Source: Tubulanus polymorphus (Eukaryota > Animalia > Nemertea). Taken from it: 64,000 bases of DNA. Made by a program: the position numbers and the translations under genes. Below the pieces are notes generated by a model. It worked only from the letters and a program-made list of their open reading frames with translations. It was not told where the DNA came from and did not search any database. Positions 43,301 to 64,000 of this stretch are shown here, in pieces. The DNA lies in NCBI RefSeq assembly GCF_964204645.1, contig NC_134027.1, positions 9,518,485 to 9,582,484 of the forward strand. The letters run 5' to 3'. Position 1 is the first letter of the stretch. Each line of letters opens with the position of its first letter.

Positions 43301-44349
43301 GATGAAATTGAAGAATTAGTTGAATGGCCAATGTTAAGCTCCTCAATCCATATATCATCCCAGGGTCCACCACTTCTCATTTTTCATTGAATTAAAAAAA
43401 AAACTCAGTTCACAGACTGATAAACTAAATTTGACAAGAGAAAGGTTAGCGCATCGTCATGCCATCCGGCAGGATGAGCCAGTTTAGCAGTTTTTAGCTG
43501 GCTCAACTAATACAGATTCATGTGAAGAATATTTACTTTTCCGGCAGATCGGGATATTTGATTCTCATTTCTTGATTACGCAAAACTCGCTTTTCGAACT
43601 GCAATAACATCTTCTTCAGCGATCCTTCATCTAGCCCTTCTGTGCTCTACAATATAAAAGCTGAAAGTTAAGGCTACCCAATGTTGCTTTTTCACTTTGA
43701 GAAATATCCAGGGTATGGTAATGGCAATGGACAGTCTAGTCTGTCTACAGCTCTCTCAAAAATGTAAGGTAATACACTCACATAGATAAATCCCAAAAGA
43801 GAACTTTGATAGTAGGCCTACCTCATCAGCATCATCCAGCAAAGCCATTATTTTTTCTTTTTCGGTGTAGTCATCTAGGTCTTCGACTCGTCTTTGTTTG
43901 CCTCTGGCTTCAGCTGCGTTTCTATCGTTTTTGCGTTTCTTTGCAGCTGCAGATATCGGAGCCGGCTTTTCAGGCTAAAATAAAGGAGAATAATTGAACC
44001 TATGGAAATAGCAGCGATAGAAACTTTAAGGAAAGTAAGACCTGATTATTCAGTAACCTGTCTGTGGTTTAGTTTCACGATCGGATATTTTCACAAACCA
44101 CTTAAGTATAAGCCCATCCATTTATAAAACAAAGTGGCTATATTTACAGCATCGAAAGCGGTCGTAAATTCTATATTAACGACGGTTTTATATTGAATTT
44201 AGGATTATGGTCTAGAGAGGAGAGGATTAGTGTCAAGAGGGTGAGAAGAGGGTCCAGAGGGTTAGTCAAGGAGTCTCATTTCTGCCTCTGGTAATACAAG
44301 TCATATGTGATTCATTTACCTGAAATGAGAGTAATTCTCCAACGTCCAT
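40367..44349 (-). CDS. CTNNBL1: Beta-catenin-like protein 1 (PRP19/CDC5L complex), multi-exon
   Basis: ATG at 44349 (MDVGELLSFQ|gtaaat); internal exons encode FEKR..RNQEMRIKYPD.PEKFMESE, GHDNTDISIG, FDANKLYCSEILAILLQ, KDRFLKGEGLQLMILML, KFTENDHEKVDRLMELHFKY, YLQRLEAGLFTLQLVDYI, EYAGNIG; TGA at 40369-40367. Confidence 0.96.
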
Positions 44350-47049
44350 CGTTATGTGCTTCCTTCGGGGTTTTAGCGTCAGAAGGAAGTGTACTCGGTA
44401 AACTGAAAAGTAACAATATATTTAATTTGAATTGGTTTTTTTAACGATTTGCGCACATATTTGATCGTTTGAAGAATCAGGGATTTCCCAAATCAATGTG
44501 TAAGTGCTAAACCGATCGTGCTTTATAAACATATTTATATGAGATACCTTTTCAACGGGTAGCTAGTTAGCTAGACTCGTGAAATGAGCTCAATATCTCC
44601 AATTTCAAGAAAAGTAGGAATTTTCAATTTTTCATGGGCGCTGCCATCTTTGATTTAGGGCATTTGCAGATATAGGAATGAAGAAAAGCGGAAGGTTGCA
44701 CGCGGTTTTCTCTGTTACCATCCTTGTGTGGAGGATACATCGAAAATAAGAAATTCCTGTGAAGCCAGGACAGATTCTAACATAGCAATCACTGATAAGC
44801 ATCGGGTCGCGATTAGTCCCTTATCCCTTGACCTTGCCTTCTTGAATGACAAAAATGATTTTTCTGACTGATAAATTGCAAAAAATAGCCATTTATTTCA
44901 ATCAAGGATCAAACATCTAGTTTATATCATTTCAAAGTGTACAATATATGATTATCCAACCAACGTTTAAAATTCTACCCGCTGATACAAAATGTAGTAA
45001 GGGCAAAATGACTAAATATTATGAAAAAGTCGAATCAGCGGCCGCCTATTTCTTCCCATCATTATTGTCCTTTTTGAAATCGTCGGAAATTGACATCAAT
45101 TTTTCCCACATGCCAACGGGATCAAGTTTCGGAACCTAAAAGGATAAATCCAATTTCGGTCAAGTTAGGCTAAGAGATCGATTAAGACAAATTAAAGCGA
45201 GACAATTAGATCAAAATTAGGTTTTTGCATCTTTTTTAGTTTGACCTGATTCGGTAGAAATGCCATTTTATACATACGTCGTACTGCTGCGCGATGTAGA
45301 TACCACCATATAAACCGACAAGGAACGAAATCTGAAAATGAATCAAACATGGAATGTCAATCAATTCTTGGAGTTAATTATTAGGATGCCTTACTCAAAT
45401 TGCATTACTGGTACTGTAAATATTTCACCTAGAAATCCAGTTCCATAGCGCCAGTCCCACGAGCTCATCGATAACCCAACCAATTTCAGACCCACAACCA
45501 AGTGTGAGAGATTTATTTTGGCAAAGACAACTTACCACTCTTGACATGGCGTTCTTCATTCAGTCAGAGCCAGAAGACTAGAGCAGAAGCAGATATGTTT
45601 AGTTGAATTGCATAAGCCAAGGTTTCTTTGCAATATCTTAATAACATTAAATCTGTTATCTTTTCGAAGCTGTTTTTGACAGTAACAGCATAAACTGGAA
45701 ATGTCTCCCTTTTTGACAAGTGAAGTTACGATTGTTGAGCGAAGATGTAATGAATAGCGAGTTCGAACCCCGAAGATACAATTAATATCTCCTAAGCCAT
45801 TAAGCTTGTTGATGGTGCTGAAAAAATGGTTTTATCATCACCTATTGGTTTCACAAGTTAGCTTAGAAAAGTTCTAAAGAAATCCATTTTACTTCGAATT
45901 CGTACGAGGTAAAAAGGTAACAACAAATGCAGAAAACTGGAAATATTGATGGCTGGTTAGCGGCCCGCGACATCGCCCGTAGATATTGAAACGCATGAAT
46001 GATGGCTCAGGGTACTGGTAATGGACAGCCGTGCTTAAAACGGGGCTTTGGGAGAAAATAGATGAATGCGATTTAACGTTTCCATCCATACCTTACCAGC
46101 ATTAGATGCGCCCGATTCGAGCGTGATAGTCAATTTTGCCCCCAAAGACTGCTAAAAAAGGCCATTCATTATTTTACATGTTGTTTTTGTAAGAAACCGG
46201 ATTATTGCATGATGAAAGTGCTGCCTGGTGTAGAAAGGGGATTGATGACCGATTGAACTCACGCACACTAATGTAAAATGTAACCATATTTCATGTTTGT
46301 CCGTTTTAACATACCGGCACATGTAACATACATGTCTAACCATATCTCTTACGCTTGGAGCTAGAAAAATTTCATTTAGAAAAGGCTTGAAAATATCCAC
46401 CGACTGAATAATGAAATCTTGATTAAAAAAAACATAAGGAGAGATTATAAATAGGGACATTCTAACATGTAATTTTGACAAATTGGCCGATTTTATTCCA
46501 TTTCCCTTAGAACTTGAGAGTATTTTTCTATAGAATACTTAATCATACCAGCAGAAATGGCGATATTATGCGAATTTCTTTAGTGGATTGATCGGCTCGC
46601 TTACACGTTTTTAGAATTTGAGGTTGAACGATTTGATGAGAATGCTTAATTTCCTCTTTAACTCGCCTATATTGATCTGAACACTTAGCGGTGTTAGTAT
46701 TCACAGAATCTAAAATAGTGTGGTTGCCCCTTTTTCAATTTCTAATCATTTATATTGCAATATTCGACGATTGTTCATCCAGTTTCAGGGATTATATAGA
46801 TTAGGTGGTACTGCATCTGTTTAATCTATTATCCGGGGACTTCAGCCATCGGTCGCGCGCTTAGCTCGGCGCTTTCAGTAGACGACAGTTGTGCACCGAG
46901 TAAGGTTTATCTCTCAATTACACGGCATATCATTCGTAGCGACGACTCCACAACTGACTACTGAGCGCGCACACGTTACATCAACTGATTACACATATAA
47001 ATGATTCGGAGAATACATTCGACTATCGATATCTAGTCTCAACAAAGCT

Positions 47050-62572
<15,523 letters not shown>

Positions 62573-63713
62573 TATGCATCCGTGTTGAATCATATCGTAA
62601 AGAAATCTAAATTATATATTTGGATCAAGCTACGAGACCTACGAGTTAACCTATAGCCCCTCCTTTCCCCTGCTGCCCTATGCCAGGTTGATGTCAACCA
62701 CGAGTAGTGGAAATGCCTACATAATGCATCATCTACATTTATTTCTATTCGTAGAAATATCTCTTCAATTAAGCCCACCAAATTACAATATCGTTTCGAA
62801 GTACTTAAAAAGTTATTCCCGTCGGGATAAAGGATATCTATGGTGGATGATTCGGGTTACAAATTGATTTTTGAAAATGTTGGTTAACGAAAAGTTCCGA
62901 ATACAACTTTTTCATTGAGAAAGCAATTTTAGGTCCTGAAAATCCGCCCTGAATAGTCCGAACAAAGTTGTTTTCAGCGGGTGCTGAGATCAACTTTCTT
63001 TTCTTTAATCAATTTGAAGTTCTACAGCCCGCACCAGCCACATCGCGACATTTATTAGATCTACGTTTTTTTTTCTTTTATTACATACTGTACATGCGTT
63101 CAGTGGTTCGACAGAGGGTTAGTCCTGTTAGTGAGTTAGGTCACTTTCTATTAATTGAAATCTATTGTTGTACATTAATGTAGTTCGTATTATTGGTAAC
63201 TGTTTTCAGTAACTGCTTACTGTTGAATTTACTATCGTTTCGCATGGGTTGTGGTGCGAAAAGAACTTTCTTTAGCTGCTGATTATACTTGATACATGTT
63301 ATCGGTAAAATTAACTATAAATTTGACCTTTTTGGTCATATCGTCGGCAATACCATGTTGGATTCATGCAAACAGCTAAAATAGTGTTTCACTTGTGACC
63401 GCAGATAACGTGGATGTTGACTAAAGATATTAGCCGACATTATTTCAGAAATCGTGAATCAATTTTCTTGAATATTATTAGATATTGCAGGGGCGGATCC
63501 AGACCGTATTAGCCGTATTGCCCAATACGGTCTAGAATTTTTAAGTGCCCTTCGAAATTTCACCGGCAATATTTTTGACGGCATTATTTCAGCAACCGCT
63601 AATTCCGTATCCGTAATCCGGGCATAATTATAAAATTAATCGGTATATACTGCTGCCGAGAAAGTGAGGAGAGATAATCATATTTGTAAGGCCTTTAATC
63701 ATGATAAATTAAA

Positions 63714-64000
63714 AAGGGCACTTTCCTTTTGCAAGGAGCACTCATGCTTTAGATGAGGGCACCTTGTCCTTGCCTTTTCATGGAGGGCTAAAGGGGCACT
63801 CGTACTTTAGAAGAGGGCACTATACGCGGAAAATGTTGAAGAAAAGGGCACTTTTTTGCCTAATTTATAAAATTTTAGGGGCACTTTTGGTTTGGAAGAT
63901 GGCACACAACATAAGGATAAATGTGAAGACGAGGCAATTTTTGCCGATTGTTAACAATGAAGGGGCACTTAGCCGTATTCTGTATAATTGTTAAGGGGCA
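63714..64000. repeat. Dispersed-repeat fragment with periodic AGGG(G)CAC subunits
   Basis: About 8 AGGGCAC/AGGGGCAC motifs in 290 bp; probably the subterminal region of a DNA element running off the window. Confidence 0.55.

Noticed and set aside
45420-46110. Minus-strand donor/acceptor-like sites between CTNNBL1 and calbindin
   Set aside because: No coherent ORF; a lncRNA cannot be supported from sequence alone.

Overview
Eukaryotic, AT-rich, intron-rich genomic DNA, probably from an invertebrate (lophotrochozoan-like; inferred from gene sequences and repeat types). Gene models rebuilt by hand from splice sites, in order: 5' end of a plexus/GSE1-like gene (-, runs off the window), AHCY (+), URAD/OHCU decarboxylase (-), KIAA0513-like (-), PDPR-like mitochondrial flavoprotein (+), a ~2.1 kb tandem duplication in which each unit carries a 3-exon secreted single-WAP-domain peptide gene missed by the ORF track (-), Rieske UQCRFS1 (+), CTNNBL1 (-) and calbindin-32/calretinin-like (+). 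Introns carry many MITEs, a SINE, a LINE 3' fragment and a (TG)n microsatellite. Most notable: (1) a duplicated, diverged, probably mutually exclusive exon pair plus a microexon in PDPR; (2) two WAP precursors differing by in-frame indels that remove a KR processing site; (3) a Penelope-type hammerhead-like motif inside an inverted-repeat insertion; (4) a perfect 32-bp hairpin and an in-frame microexon candidate in the calbindin gene. Homology calls rest on remembered protein motifs; no searches were run.
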